DNA of 64,000 nt, from contig CAWGHO010000003.1 in NCBI GenBank assembly GCA_963822445.1, positions 576,001 to 640,000 on the forward strand, written 5' to 3'. Positions 9,806-21,106 of the stretch are shown piece by piece (positions within the stretch are counted from its first letter, which is position 1; each line of letters starts with the position of its first letter). The translations under genes were made by a program, and so were the position numbers. This DNA comes from an uncultured Acidobacteriota bacterium (GTDB taxonomy: Bacteria > Acidobacteriota > Thermoanaerobaculia > Gp7-AA8). The notes under the pieces are model-generated. The model ran no database searches. It saw nothing but the letters and a program-made list of their open reading frames with translations, and was not told where the DNA came from.

Positions 9806-9899
9806 GCGCCGGATGATAGCCGCATTCGTGCCGTGCCGGAACCCTTCTTGCACGATCGGAATTTACAATGGTAGGCTCAGGTTTCGATTCGTAGCAAAA

Positions 9900-9930
9900 G
9901 TTGACAACGAGGCGCTCATATCGTCTCAAG
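9900..9930 (+). promoter_or_regulatory. dnaK upstream -35 box (TTGACA) within a degenerate HAIR-like (HspR operator) sequence
   Basis: gTTGAca-N7-gCTCAta plus tCTCAAG, compared with consensus CTTGAGT-N7-ACTCAAG. hspR follows dnaK. No convincing -10 at 17 nt. Confidence 0.35.
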
Positions 9931-9951
9931 TCTCAGAAGGAGAAACTACTT

Positions 9952-11860
<1,909 letters not shown>

Positions 11861-11919
11861 GAAAGCGGTCGAGCGGGCATCACTGGCGAAGAGCAAGCGC
11901 AGAGCAGACGGATTACGTG

Positions 11920-12268
11920 ATGATCTCGATCATCTCGGAGCGCTACAACATCCATCCGCAGACGCTGCGCCTGTACGAGCGGGAGGGGCTGATCAAGCCC
12001 TCCCGCACGTCAGGCAATACGCGTCTGTACGGTGAGGACGAGATCCGCAAGCTGGAGATGATCCTCTCGTCTCACCCGCGACCTGGGCGTGAATCTGGCC
12101 GGCGTGGAAGTGGTGCTGCAGCTCGCGCGGATGATGCGCGACGCGGACATGGAGTTCGACCGCCTCCTCGACTTCATCCGCCAGACCATGCTCGACAAAC
12201 GCCACGGCATCGAGCGGAGCAACGCGCTGGTGAAGGCTACCCCGCGCGGGTTGGCGAAAACGCGATAG
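11920..12268 (+). CDS. hspR: HspR-like MerR-family heat-shock repressor (frameshift near 12070; true start may be about 35 nt upstream)
   Basis: [37 protein letters not shown], continuing in a shifted frame as [16 protein letters not shown]. Confidence 0.85.
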
Positions 12269-12269
12269 C

Positions 12270-12372
12270 CGTACGGCGCGCGTCCCGCGCGCTTCGCACG
12301 GGCGTTTCCGCCCGGTGCTTACCCCACGGCGCGCGACGCGCCGCGGAAGGCGGGCGGGACGCCCGCCGTACG
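12270..12372. repeat. REP-like palindromic element (copy 1)
   Basis: Arms CGTACGGCGCGCGTCCCGCGCGC and GCGGGCGGGACGCCCGCCGTACG between convergent genes; a related copy lies at 20402. Confidence 0.7.
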
Positions 12373-13365
12373 TCACTTCACCGCGGTCAACTTCGCAAAC
12401 GCCCCCGTAGCCTGCCCCAGCACCGCGTTGGCCGCGGTCGAGTAGGCCGCGTTCGTCGTCTCGGCGACCTTCAGCCACTTCTTCCGCTTCGAATCCGCGC
12501 CGTGGAAGCTGATCACTTCGCCGGTCTTCGTATCGACCAGCGTCAGCTCGGCGAACTCGATGTCCGTGTCCAGCGCTTTGGTCATGGCCAGCGCGCCGTC
12601 GTCGCCTTTCGAGACCAGACCGCCGTAGCGCGTCTCCTCCGCGCGCACGACGCGGGTAGTGAACGTGGGAACGCTCATGGCCAGGGAGGCGCCGACTTCC
12701 GCACGGCGCGCGAGCAGGCCGCTCTTGTTGCCGCTCGACTGCATGTGCGCGAAGTCGACGACGATCAGCGGCGCGATCGTCACCGCGGCACCGGCGCTCT
12801 TCGACAGCTCGTTGAACGCGCGCATGTTCTTCTGGCTCAGACCCGCGTCGCCCCAGGCATCGCCGACCTGAAACCACAGCGGAACGCCGGCCGGCGTGAA
12901 CGCTTTCCCTTTCAGGTATCCGGCCTTCACCTCCATCGGCACCGCGGCGTTGGTCTTGAACGTCGCGTACGACGCGGGATCGACAACCACCACCTCGCGG
13001 CCCGCGGCCTTCAACTGCTCGAGGAGCCGCTGATAGGCCTGATCGGTGATGGCCTGCAGCGTCGCGTCATCGACCCCCTTCAGATCGACTTCCATCTTCG
13101 CGCTCGCCGAGCCGGTATCGCGGCCGGGCAGGTAACTGGCGCGGACGAACGCGCGGGCCTCGTTGTGCGTGACGAACACGACCCGGAAGCCGGCCACCGC
13201 GACGCGGTTGCTCTTCCCGAAGGCGGTGACCGTCTTCGCCCCGAACGTCCCTCCCATCTTTCCGTCGAACCATTCCGCGGGATTGAGATCGGGGAGGGAG
13301 ATCTGCGCGGAAGCACTGAGACACACCGACAGCAGGACCGTGAGGATCGCAAATTTGTATCGCAT
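12373..13365 (-). CDS. Secreted protein of unknown function (330 aa)
   Basis: C-terminal part of ORF 12373..15180. Starts [21 protein letters not shown] (signal peptide) with normal codon bias. Confidence 0.75.
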   Translation of the reverse strand: MRYKFAILTVLLSVCLSASAQISLPDLNPAEWFDGKMGGTFGAKTVTAFGKSNRVAVAGFRVVFVTHNEARAFVRASYLPGRDTGSASAKMEVDLKGVDDATLQAITDQAYQRLLEQLKAAGREVVVVDPASYATFKTNAAVPMEVKAGYLKGKAFTPAGVPLWFQVGDAWGDAGLSQKNMRAFNELSKSAGAAVTIAPLIVVDFAHMQSSGNKSGLLARRAEVGASLAMSVPTFTTRVVRAEETRYGGLVSKGDDGALAMTKALDTDIEFAELTLVDTKTGEVISFHGADSKRKKWLKVAETTNAAYSTAANAVLGQATGAFAKLTAVK

Positions 13366-13384
13366 ACCCGTATATCGCGCGAAC

Positions 13385-13405
13385 GGTAGGGAAAGTCCCT
13401 CACCG
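13385..13405 (+). promoter_or_regulatory. Shared upstream motif GGTAGGGAAAGTCCCTCACCG, 50 nt before lodA
   Basis: Palindromic core AGGGA-AAG-TCCCT; similar boxes at the same distance upstream of two other genes. Confidence 0.5.
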
Positions 13406-13434
13406 AACCTCTCCTCTGCGGGGGTAGAGAACAA

Positions 13435-15315
13435 ATGAGCCACGGCGACATCGCCTATTGCCGCATCCATCCAGCCATCGGAATCGCCCGCGTCGGTGGC
13501 AGCAAGGAGTTCCTCATCGGACCGGAAGTGCCGGACGAAGAGCGCAAGCCGCCGTCGCCGAAATACGGCTTCAAGGACAAGGACGGGCAGATCCTCCGTC
13601 AGGCCGCGCGCTTCCGCATCTACGGCTACGACAAGGACGGGAAAGTCGTCGCCGAGCTCACTCCCGACTCCAGCGTCGACATCACCTGGAAGGTCGACGT
13701 AGCGAACACGAAGTCGGCCTGGTACGACTTCGACCTGGCCATGGACATCCCCGAGTTCAGCGGAAGCGAGGGCACGCCGCCGATGAAGAGCGCGTTGCGC
13801 AACGCGGACGAAACGAATCGCGCGTCGCTGTCCATCACCCCGAAGCCGCGCGAGATCAAAGGGAAGAACACCAGCGGCGCGAAGTACGTCTTCGACGACG
13901 GAACCTTCTACGGAAAGAAAGTCCCCCTCGGCGAGCTCCAGACCGACGCCGACGGCCATTTGCTCTTCCTCCCGGCCTTCGGCAAGTCCGCATCGAAGGA
14001 CGGCAAGCCGGCGGAGACCTTCGCCAACAATCCCGGATGGCATGACGATGTCGCCGATGGTCCGGTCACTGCGACGGTCACCATCAACAAGAAACAGGTG
14101 AACGTCGAGCATGCCTGGGTCGTGGTCGGGCCGCCCGATTACGCGCCGGGCATCATCGCCGTCACCACGATGTGGGACGTGATCCGCGACGCGGGCCTGA
14201 AACTCGATCCGTCGCTCATGCCCGCGCAGCCTTCGTATCAGCGCGACATCATGCCGATCTTCTCGCGGCTCTATCAGAACCAATGGGTGAACGGCGGCTT
14301 CGGCAAGTTGTGGGGCTGGGGCTCCTTCGAGAACACCAATCAGCTCCTGGCCAACCTCGGCAACAAATCCGAGTTCTACCGCCCGCTGCGCGAATCGTGG
14401 TTCGCGCGGTTCCGCAATCCGAACTTTGCAACGATCGACGGCGACGCCATCCCGCCGGTCTACGGCGACGGCGTCGATTTTCCGCCGACCAATCCGCGGC
14501 AGTGGTACGCGGTCACGGAGATGCAGTACGAGATGTTGCGTCGCTGGGCCAACGCGGACTTTGTCGCGGACTACAACGCCGATCCTCCGCCGCAGCACCT
14601 GTCCGACTACCCGCTGGAGGAGCAGCCGACGGTGCTCGATACCGCGGCACTCGACAACACCATCGGCGGTCCGTTTCACCCCGGCTGCGAAATGACCTGG
14701 CCGATGCGGCAGCCGATCATGTACGACGCGCCGTTCCGCGTGAAACTGCGCGCGACGCCGGAGCCAGATTACGGACCGGTCATGACCACCGACAAAGTGC
14801 TCGCGAAAGGCGGTCCGCTGGACGGCAGCCGCCCCGGCTCGATCAGTCAATGGATGGCCGTGCCCTGGCAGACCGACACGTCGAGCTGTCTGTACGCGTA
14901 CATCGGCTGGCAGGACGGCGTGTTCCTGCCGACGTTCTGGCCGGTGCGCGTTCCGAACAACGTGCTCACCCAGGAGCAGTACGCGATCGTAAAGGACGAG
15001 AAGACCGCGATGAATGCGCGGCGCGCGGCGTTCGCGTACGACAACCGGATGTACTGGCTGCGCGGGCTGCCTCCGCGCGAGACCTACAAGCTGGTCATCA
15101 ACGATTTCGTGAAGCAGTGGAACGAGGTGGGAATCGTCACGCTGCAACCGGGCGCCAAAGGCTTCCCCGACCCGATGCACGTCGAGCTGGGGATGAACGT
15201 GAAGAAGGCCAAGCCGAAGCTGATGGTGGCCGCGCTGAAGTCGACGATGGACGAGCGGGACATCGACGCCGATCGCCGTCCGGCGAATCTGCCGAACCCG
15301 CGGGATTACCGGTGA
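13435..15315 (+). CDS. lodA: LodA/GoxA family CTQ-dependent amino-acid oxidase
   Basis: IHPAIGIARVG, RQAARFRIY, GWHDDVADGPV, GGPFHPGCE, MAVPWQTDTSSC and FWPVRVPN (CTQ-forming Cys and Trp regions). Confidence 0.95.
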   Translation: MSHGDIAYCRIHPAIGIARVGGSKEFLIGPEVPDEERKPPSPKYGFKDKDGQILRQAARFRIYGYDKDGKVVAELTPDSSVDITWKVDVANTKSAWYDFDLAMDIPEFSGSEGTPPMKSALRNADETNRASLSITPKPREIKGKNTSGAKYVFDDGTFYGKKVPLGELQTDADGHLLFLPAFGKSASKDGKPAETFANNPGWHDDVADGPVTATVTINKKQVNVEHAWVVVGPPDYAPGIIAVTTMWDVIRDAGLKLDPSLMPAQPSYQRDIMPIFSRLYQNQWVNGGFGKLWGWGSFENTNQLLANLGNKSEFYRPLRESWFARFRNPNFATIDGDAIPPVYGDGVDFPPTNPRQWYAVTEMQYEMLRRWANADFVADYNADPPPQHLSDYPLEEQPTVLDTAALDNTIGGPFHPGCEMTWPMRQPIMYDAPFRVKLRATPEPDYGPVMTTDKVLAKGGPLDGSRPGSISQWMAVPWQTDTSSCLYAYIGWQDGVFLPTFWPVRVPNNVLTQEQYAIVKDEKTAMNARRAAFAYDNRMYWLRGLPPRETYKLVINDFVKQWNEVGIVTLQPGAKGFPDPMHVELGMNVKKAKPKLMVAALKSTMDERDIDADRRPANLPNPRDYR

Positions 15316-16376
15316 TGTTCGACGTCGCGATCGTGGGCGGCGGACCGGCGGCGTCGGTCACGGCGATGCTGCTCGCGCGCGCGGGCAAGTCCTGCGTGAT
15401 TCTCGAGCGGGGCGACGACACCGGCGACAAACCGGGCGAGAGCCTGCCACCGAGCGCGCGTCCGCTGCTCGAGCGACTTGAGTTGTGGGATGCCTTGGCG
15501 GCGGATGGACACCGGCGCTGTCACGGAAATCGCTCGCGCTGGGGATCGGATGTGATCGAGGAGATGCCGTTCGTCTTCTCGCCGTACGGGCACGGATGGC
15601 ATCTCGACCGGCGGCGGTTCGAGCGCCTGCTGATCTCTCGCGCGGTCGGCGTTGAAAGGCGGACCGGGACGCGCGTTGTCGAAGCGACGCGGGATGGGCA
15701 CTGGAAGCTTCGGTGCGATGACGGATCGGTCGTTGCGGCTTTGTTCGTGGTTGATGCAACAGGTCGTGCGAGCTGGTTTGCGCGGCGGGCTGGTGCGAAG
15801 CGTGTGCTGGATAACGCGCTGGTGGCGTATGTGTCGTTTGAGGCAGGAGAGGAGAGAGACTCGTTCACGTTTGTGGAGGCGCATGAAAACGGCTGGTCCT
15901 ACACCGCGCCGATTCCGGATGGACGGCGCGTGAAGATGTTCGTCACCGATCCCGGCAACACGATGGTTGAAGGTCGTCGCGTCGATGCCAGCTCCATGTG
16001 CCTCGATCGCGTAACCGGCGATGGGTGGCTCGCCGTCGGCGACGCAGCTGCGGCCCCCGATCCCCTTTCATCGCATGGCCTGGGTAACGCCATGGCTCAG
16101 GCCATCGAGGCCGCGGCGGCGATCGTCAGCGGCTCGTTCGCGCGTTACGAACGGATGGTCGACACGATGTGGGAGAGCTACGTGCGAGTGCGGCACGCGA
16201 CTTACGCGCTCGAGCAGCGCTGGCCGCACTCGCGGTTCTGGCTAACGAATCAGCACCACGTCCAGCGCGTCGACGACGCGCGTGATCACGGCCTGCTTCC
16301 CGTCCTTGCGCCAGGCGTAATCAATGATCATCCCTTCGCTGAACCAGGTCAGCTGCTTCGAGGTGTCCGCTCCTAG
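15315..16376 (+). CDS. lodB: LodB/GoxB-like FAD-dependent oxidoreductase (CTQ maturation)
   Basis: TGATG coupling with lodA; MFDVAIVGGGPA, GESLPP, GWHLDR, DATGR, AVGDAA..DPLSSHG, EQRWP..FW. Confidence 0.88.
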   Translation: MFDVAIVGGGPAASVTAMLLARAGKSCVILERGDDTGDKPGESLPPSARPLLERLELWDALAADGHRRCHGNRSRWGSDVIEEMPFVFSPYGHGWHLDRRRFERLLISRAVGVERRTGTRVVEATRDGHWKLRCDDGSVVAALFVVDATGRASWFARRAGAKRVLDNALVAYVSFEAGEERDSFTFVEAHENGWSYTAPIPDGRRVKMFVTDPGNTMVEGRRVDASSMCLDRVTGDGWLAVGDAAAAPDPLSSHGLGNAMAQAIEAAAAIVSGSFARYERMVDTMWESYVRVRHATYALEQRWPHSRFWLTNQHHVQRVDDARDHGLLPVLAPGVINDHPFAEPGQLLRGVRS

Positions 16377-19070
16377 CGGGCGAAGCCAGAGATTCATCGC
16401 CCCTTTCTCCTCGCGGACATACGACAGCGCGTCCCCTTTCGGATGCCACTGGTACATCGCCCCGTCGAGATCGATGGTCTGCATCGCGCTGCCGCCCATG
16501 ACCGGAGCGATGGCCACGGCCGAATGAATCTTGTCGGGCGTACCGGTCGCCGCGGCCACCAGCGCGCCATCGGGCGAGATCGACGATTCATGCGCGCGGC
16601 CGTCGAGCACTTCCTCGACCCTGCCGCCCGCGACCGGCACGCGATAAACGCGCAGCATGTCCTTGTCGTAGCCGGTGAAGAGCAAGGTCCTGCCGTCGGG
16701 CGTGTAGCGGATGTCGTGGAGGATCGCCGTACGCGCGGCGATGCGCCGGCGCTCGCCGCCATTCGATGGCATCACCCACAGCACCCACTCGTTCGTCTTC
16801 GTGTCCAGCGATGCGAAGGCGATCGAGCTCGAATCGGGCGAAAGCGCGAAGGCCGCGTCGCGCGGACCATTCGTCAGCTTCACGCGGTTCGTGCCGTCCG
16901 GTGCAACGCGCCACAACGTCTGCGTGCCGGCGCCGCTCGAGATGTAGGCGATGAACGAGCCGTTCACGGAAGGCAGTGGCCGCAGCTCGTACGCCGTGTC
17001 ATCGGTGAGGCGCGTGACCTCGTTGTCCTTGCGGATGAACAGGTCCATCTTCCCGTCGCCGATCGACGCGTAAATCAGTCGATCGCCGAGCCAGGCCACG
17101 CCCGACGATCCAGTCGCCGATCCGACTCCGGACGTGAGCTGTTTCACGCCGCCGGTCGCGGAGGCCTCGAACAGATTCGATTGCCGGATGACCTGAATCG
17201 CCGCAACGGCGCCGTTCTCGCTGACCGTCGGCCCCCACAATTCGGTGAGGTCGCTGGTCAAGGCCGTGGCCTTGCCGTTGGTGATGTCGATGCTGAAGAG
17301 GCGGAAGTGGCCGCCGGTCTCGTCGTCCGTCGCCGCGGTGACGAGATGTTTGTCGTCGCGCCAGCCCAGTCCGCGGAAGCCGTCGAAGGCGATGTCCGTG
17401 CTGATCGTGCGCACCGCGCCATTCTTCACTTCGACGCTCACCAGCTTCGTTTGTTGGATCGCCACGATCCGCGATCCGTCGGGCGACCAGGCCGGGTACA
17501 TGGCCCGGTCGGGCATCTTGAATTGCGCCAGCTCGTGCACGTTCGTGCCGTCCGCGTTGGCGACGAGGATCGTGCTGGTCCCCTTGTTGAAGTCATCGCG
17601 CACGAACGCGAGCTCTTTGTTGTCGGGCGAAAGCGTGGCGCGGCTGTCCACGTCCTTCACCAGCGGTTCGGCCGTGCCGCCGAGAATCGGCACGCGGTAG
17701 AGCGTGCCCAGCGGGCCGCCGTCGTAGCGCGTGAAGTAGATGTACTCGCCGTCGCGTGAGAAAGAGATCCCCGCGTACATCGCGCTCTGCGCGGGAATGA
17801 TGGTCAGCGTGCGGCCCGTGGCGATCTGCTCGAGCCACATCGTCCGGCCGTTCGCATCGGAGGTGATGTACGCGACGTAGCGTCCGTCCGGCGAGATCAC
17901 CGCTTGCGTCGCGTGACCATCGTTGGTGACGCGGCGAACGCTCGCTTCCGGCGTCTCGCCCGTGGCAGCGCTCTCGGGAGCGCGGCCGAGGAAGATGAAG
18001 GCCAGGATCGGAACGGCGACGATGAGGGCGAGGAGCAGCGCCAGACGCGTGTTGATGTGCGGATACAGCGGGCCGGCAGCCAGGATCGGCGCCGACCGCG
18101 CGCCGCTCTCGCCATGCCACTGGCGGAGGTCGGCGGCGACGTCGCGGATCGACTGGTACCGCGCCTCGCGGTCCTTGGCCAGGCAGCGCTCCACGATCAT
18201 CTGCAGCTCGAGCGGTGTGTTCGGCGCGATCTGGCCGAGGGGTGGCGGATCTTCGTGAATGATCTTGTAGAGCGTGTCGACGAACGACTCCGCTTCGAAG
18301 GGGCGCGCGTGGCTGATGGCCTCGTAGAGGATGCAGCCGAACGCGAAGATGTCCGCGCGGCCGTCGAGCGGCTTGCCGACGATCTGCTCCGGCGCCATGT
18401 ACGCCGGCGTTCCGAGGAGCTCGCCGTGCGCGGTGAGGGCGCGGAGAGTGGGGGAATCGGCGCCGATCGGATTCCAGGACGTGTCCGTGAGCTTGGCCAG
18501 ACCGAAGTCGACGATCTTCGCGTAACCGTCGCGCGAGACGAGGATGTTGTCCGGCTTGAGATCGCGGTGAATGATCCCCGCGGAGTGCGCCTTGCCCAAA
18601 CCGTCCGCGACCTGCGCAAGGAGCTCCACGCTGCGCCGCAGCGGCATGTTGCCCTGATGCAGAGCTTCGCGAAGTGTTTCCCCTTCGACGAGCTCCATGG
18701 AGATGTAGTGCACTTCCGGACGCCGCACCGGTTTCTGATCGATGGGATGGACGCCGATGACCGGCTTGGCGTGACCGACTTCGTGAATGCCGACGATGTG
18801 CGGATGGCTGAGCGCCGACGCGGCCCGCGCTTCATGCGCGAAGCGGCGTACTCGTTCGCGATCGCCGGTGAGGTCGGGAGGAAGGACCTTCAGGGCGATG
18901 TCGCGATTGAGGGCGCGGTCATGAGCGCGGTAGACGTCGCCCATCGCGCCGGAACCGATCAGCGAGACGATCTTGTACCGGGCGATGCTCGTGCCCTCGG
19001 GAAAGGGCTCGCTCCGCGTTTCGTTCGCGGCAACCTGATCGGACTGGCGCTGTCTCTCCATGGATCCCAT
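16242..19070 (-). CDS. Membrane Ser/Thr protein kinase with a C-terminal TolB/PD40-like beta-propeller
   Basis: IGSGAMG, IALKVL, HRDLKPDN, DFGLAK, GTPAYMAPE; one TM helix; repeated SPDG/SRDG blades. AGGAGG RBS before ATG 19070. Confidence 0.93.
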   Translation of the reverse strand: MGSMERQRQSDQVAANETRSEPFPEGTSIARYKIVSLIGSGAMGDVYRAHDRALNRDIALKVLPPDLTGDRERVRRFAHEARAASALSHPHIVGIHEVGHAKPVIGVHPIDQKPVRRPEVHYISMELVEGETLREALHQGNMPLRRSVELLAQVADGLGKAHSAGIIHRDLKPDNILVSRDGYAKIVDFGLAKLTDTSWNPIGADSPTLRALTAHGELLGTPAYMAPEQIVGKPLDGRADIFAFGCILYEAISHARPFEAESFVDTLYKIIHEDPPPLGQIAPNTPLELQMIVERCLAKDREARYQSIRDVAADLRQWHGESGARSAPILAAGPLYPHINTRLALLLALIVAVPILAFIFLGRAPESAATGETPEASVRRVTNDGHATQAVISPDGRYVAYITSDANGRTMWLEQIATGRTLTIIPAQSAMYAGISFSRDGEYIYFTRYDGGPLGTLYRVPILGGTAEPLVKDVDSRATLSPDNKELAFVRDDFNKGTSTILVANADGTNVHELAQFKMPDRAMYPAWSPDGSRIVAIQQTKLVSVEVKNGAVRTISTDIAFDGFRGLGWRDDKHLVTAATDDETGGHFRLFSIDITNGKATALTSDLTELWGPTVSENGAVAAIQVIRQSNLFEASATGGVKQLTSGVGSATGSSGVAWLGDRLIYASIGDGKMDLFIRKDNEVTRLTDDTAYELRPLPSVNGSFIAYISSGAGTQTLWRVAPDGTNRVKLTNGPRDAAFALSPDSSSIAFASLDTKTNEWVLWVMPSNGGERRRIAARTAILHDIRYTPDGRTLLFTGYDKDMLRVYRVPVAGGRVEEVLDGRAHESSISPDGALVAAATGTPDKIHSAVAIAPVMGGSAMQTIDLDGAMYQWHPKGDALSYVREEKGAMNLWLRPLGADTSKQLTWFSEGMIIDYAWRKDGKQAVITRVVDALDVVLIR

Positions 19071-19219
19071 GGAACCTCCTCCGCGCGTGGTGCCTTGAGC
19101 TTTTCGAGAACCCTCGCAACGGTATACGCGTAAAAACACGGGCCAGGGTCGCGTCGTAGTGCCGGGGCGGTGAAGGTTCTGTGACGCGCATAAAATCGCC
19201 GCGTAAACCAGGAGGCGAC

Positions 19220-19981
19220 ATGACTGCAGTGACATCACATCAACCGGGAACGTTTTGCTGGATCGAGCTCGGAACGAGCGACGCCGTGGGAGCGAAGAAG
19301 TTCTACACGGACCTCTTGGCGTGGAGCACGAACGAGCACGACATGGGGGAGATGGGGATCTACTACATCTTTCAGAAGGACGGGAAAGACGTCGCGGCGA
19401 TGTATCAGCTCGGCGGAGAGATGGCCGGCATCCCGCCGCACTGGCTCTCATACGTGTCGGTTGCAAACGCCGACGACACCGCCGCGAAAGTGAAGACCCT
19501 CGGCGGAACCGTGGCCAAAGATCCCTTCGACGTGTACGACATGGGCCGCATGGCCGTGCTGATCGATCCGCAGGGCGGACACTTTGCCGTGTGGCAGCCG
19601 ATGTCGCACATCGGCGTGCAGGCGCGCGATGAAGAGAACGCCCTTTGCTGGAACGAGCTGCAGGCGCGCGATCTCGATGCGGCAAAGAAGTTCTACACCG
19701 CGCTCTTCGGATGGACCAGCAAGGACTCTCCCGAATACACGGAATGGCACCTCGGCGACAAAGGCATTGGCGGAATGATCGCCTCCCAGGCGCCGCCGGA
19801 AGTGCCGTCGTACTGGCTGCCGTACTTTGCGGTCGCGAATTGTGATGACGCGACGGAGAAAGCGCAGGCGGGTGGTGGACATGTGGTCGTGCCGCCGATG
19901 GACATCGAGAAAGTGGGACGGTTTTCGGTCATCGCCGATCCGCAGGGAGCAATGTTCGCGGTGATCAAAGTCGCGATGTAA
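19220..19981 (+). CDS. Tandem VOC/glyoxalase family protein
   Basis: PGTFCWIEL...FYT..L.W and CWNEL...FYTALFGW halves, with DPQG twice. Confidence 0.92.
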   Translation: MTAVTSHQPGTFCWIELGTSDAVGAKKFYTDLLAWSTNEHDMGEMGIYYIFQKDGKDVAAMYQLGGEMAGIPPHWLSYVSVANADDTAAKVKTLGGTVAKDPFDVYDMGRMAVLIDPQGGHFAVWQPMSHIGVQARDEENALCWNELQARDLDAAKKFYTALFGWTSKDSPEYTEWHLGDKGIGGMIASQAPPEVPSYWLPYFAVANCDDATEKAQAGGGHVVVPPMDIEKVGRFSVIADPQGAMFAVIKVAM

Positions 19982-20139
19982 TGCGGTGGCGGCCTCTTCC
20001 GCTTTGCGTCGCACGCAATGTTTTCCATGGACGGAATGCAATACAGGTATCCTGCGTTGACCCATCACGCTCCTGAAGAGATTTGCAACACCAAGTTGGA
20101 TCTCCTGGGCAGCAAGATTCGAGAAAGGAGATCCACCCC

Positions 20140-20343
20140 ATGCGTCAGACCGGAACCGTCAAATGGTTCAACGATGCGAAGGGCTTCGGTTTCATCACGA
20201 CCGAGCGTGGCGAGGACGTGTTCGTTCACTTCTCGGCCATCAATTCCAAGGGCTTCCGCAGCCTGCAGGAAGGCGCTCAGGTCGAGTTCGACGTGACCGA
20301 AGGTCCGAAGGGCCTTCAGGCCGCGAACGTCACCGTCGGCTAA
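20140..20343 (+). CDS. csp: Cold-shock protein (CspA family)
   Basis: [34 protein letters not shown]. Confidence 0.97.
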   Translation: MRQTGTVKWFNDAKGFGFITTERGEDVFVHFSAINSKGFRSLQEGAQVEFDVTEGPKGLQAANVTVG

Positions 20344-20362
20344 TACCAAACGCCGTAAACTG

Positions 20363-20390
20363 AAAAGGCCGGGCGAAAGCCCGGCCTTTT
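20363..20390 (+). terminator. Intrinsic, probably bidirectional, terminator after csp
   Basis: AAAA-GGCCGGGC-GAAA-GCCCGGCC-TTTT. Confidence 0.9.
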
Positions 20391-20401
20391 CGCGTTTGTA
20401 G

Positions 20402-20505
20402 CGTACCGCGGGCGTCTCGCCCGCCCTCGTCCGGGCATCCTGCCCGGACGTCACGAGCCGCGGGCGCAACGCCCGCGGCAATGCGGGCTGGACGCCCGCC
20501 GTACG
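20402..20505. repeat. REP-like palindromic element (copy 2)
   Basis: CGTACCGCGGGCGTCTCGCCCGC ... GCGGGCTGGACGCCCGCCGTACG with internal hairpins; arms resemble those at 12270. Confidence 0.7.
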
Positions 20506-20509
20506 CGCC

Positions 20510-21079
20510 TCACTTCTTCCGCGTGTAAACCATCTCCATGCTCTTGTACATCGTGCCGTCCGGCGCCATCCCGTACATCTCGAAGGTGTGCTGGTCGGCG
20601 CTGTTGATGGTGATGCGCTCTTCGACCCGCGTGTCCTTGCCGGTCAACGGATCGGGGTAGGACCCTGAAAACATCCAGGTCTTCGCATCAGGCATCCAGC
20701 CGGTGGACGTCATCATGGCCGTGGACATGCTGTCCATCCACGTGCCCCAGTACTGCTTCTTCACGTTGTCGTAGCCGGTGTAGCCGATCCCTTCGAACGG
20801 CGTCCCCATGAAATCGCTTTTGAAACGCTGCTCGAGATAACGGCCGCCCATGGCCCAGCGGTTTTCGGACGTGCCGGTGGTGGTCATCGGCGGAGCCCCC
20901 GGTGCCATCCACATCGACATCTTCGTGTTCCAGGTGCCGACGAAGACATCGAGTTTCTTATGTGGCTCACCCGGTGTTCCGGCCTTGGCCATCGCTTCCA
21001 TGGCCGCCTGATCCTGGGCCAACGCGGACATCGAGAAGACAACGAGCAGAGCTCCCGCGAGAATGATCCTGAGCTTCAT
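20510..21079 (-). CDS. DUF1579 domain secreted protein
   Basis: Signal peptide; PGEPHKKL..FVGTW, GGRYL, FEGIGYTGYDN, WMDSMST. Confidence 0.88.
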   Translation of the reverse strand: MKLRIILAGALLVVFSMSALAQDQAAMEAMAKAGTPGEPHKKLDVFVGTWNTKMSMWMAPGAPPMTTTGTSENRWAMGGRYLEQRFKSDFMGTPFEGIGYTGYDNVKKQYWGTWMDSMSTAMMTSTGWMPDAKTWMFSGSYPDPLTGKDTRVEERITINSADQHTFEMYGMAPDGTMYKSMEMVYTRKK

Positions 21080-21106
21080 ACGCTCCTCCTTTTTGAGAAG
21101 GCGATA

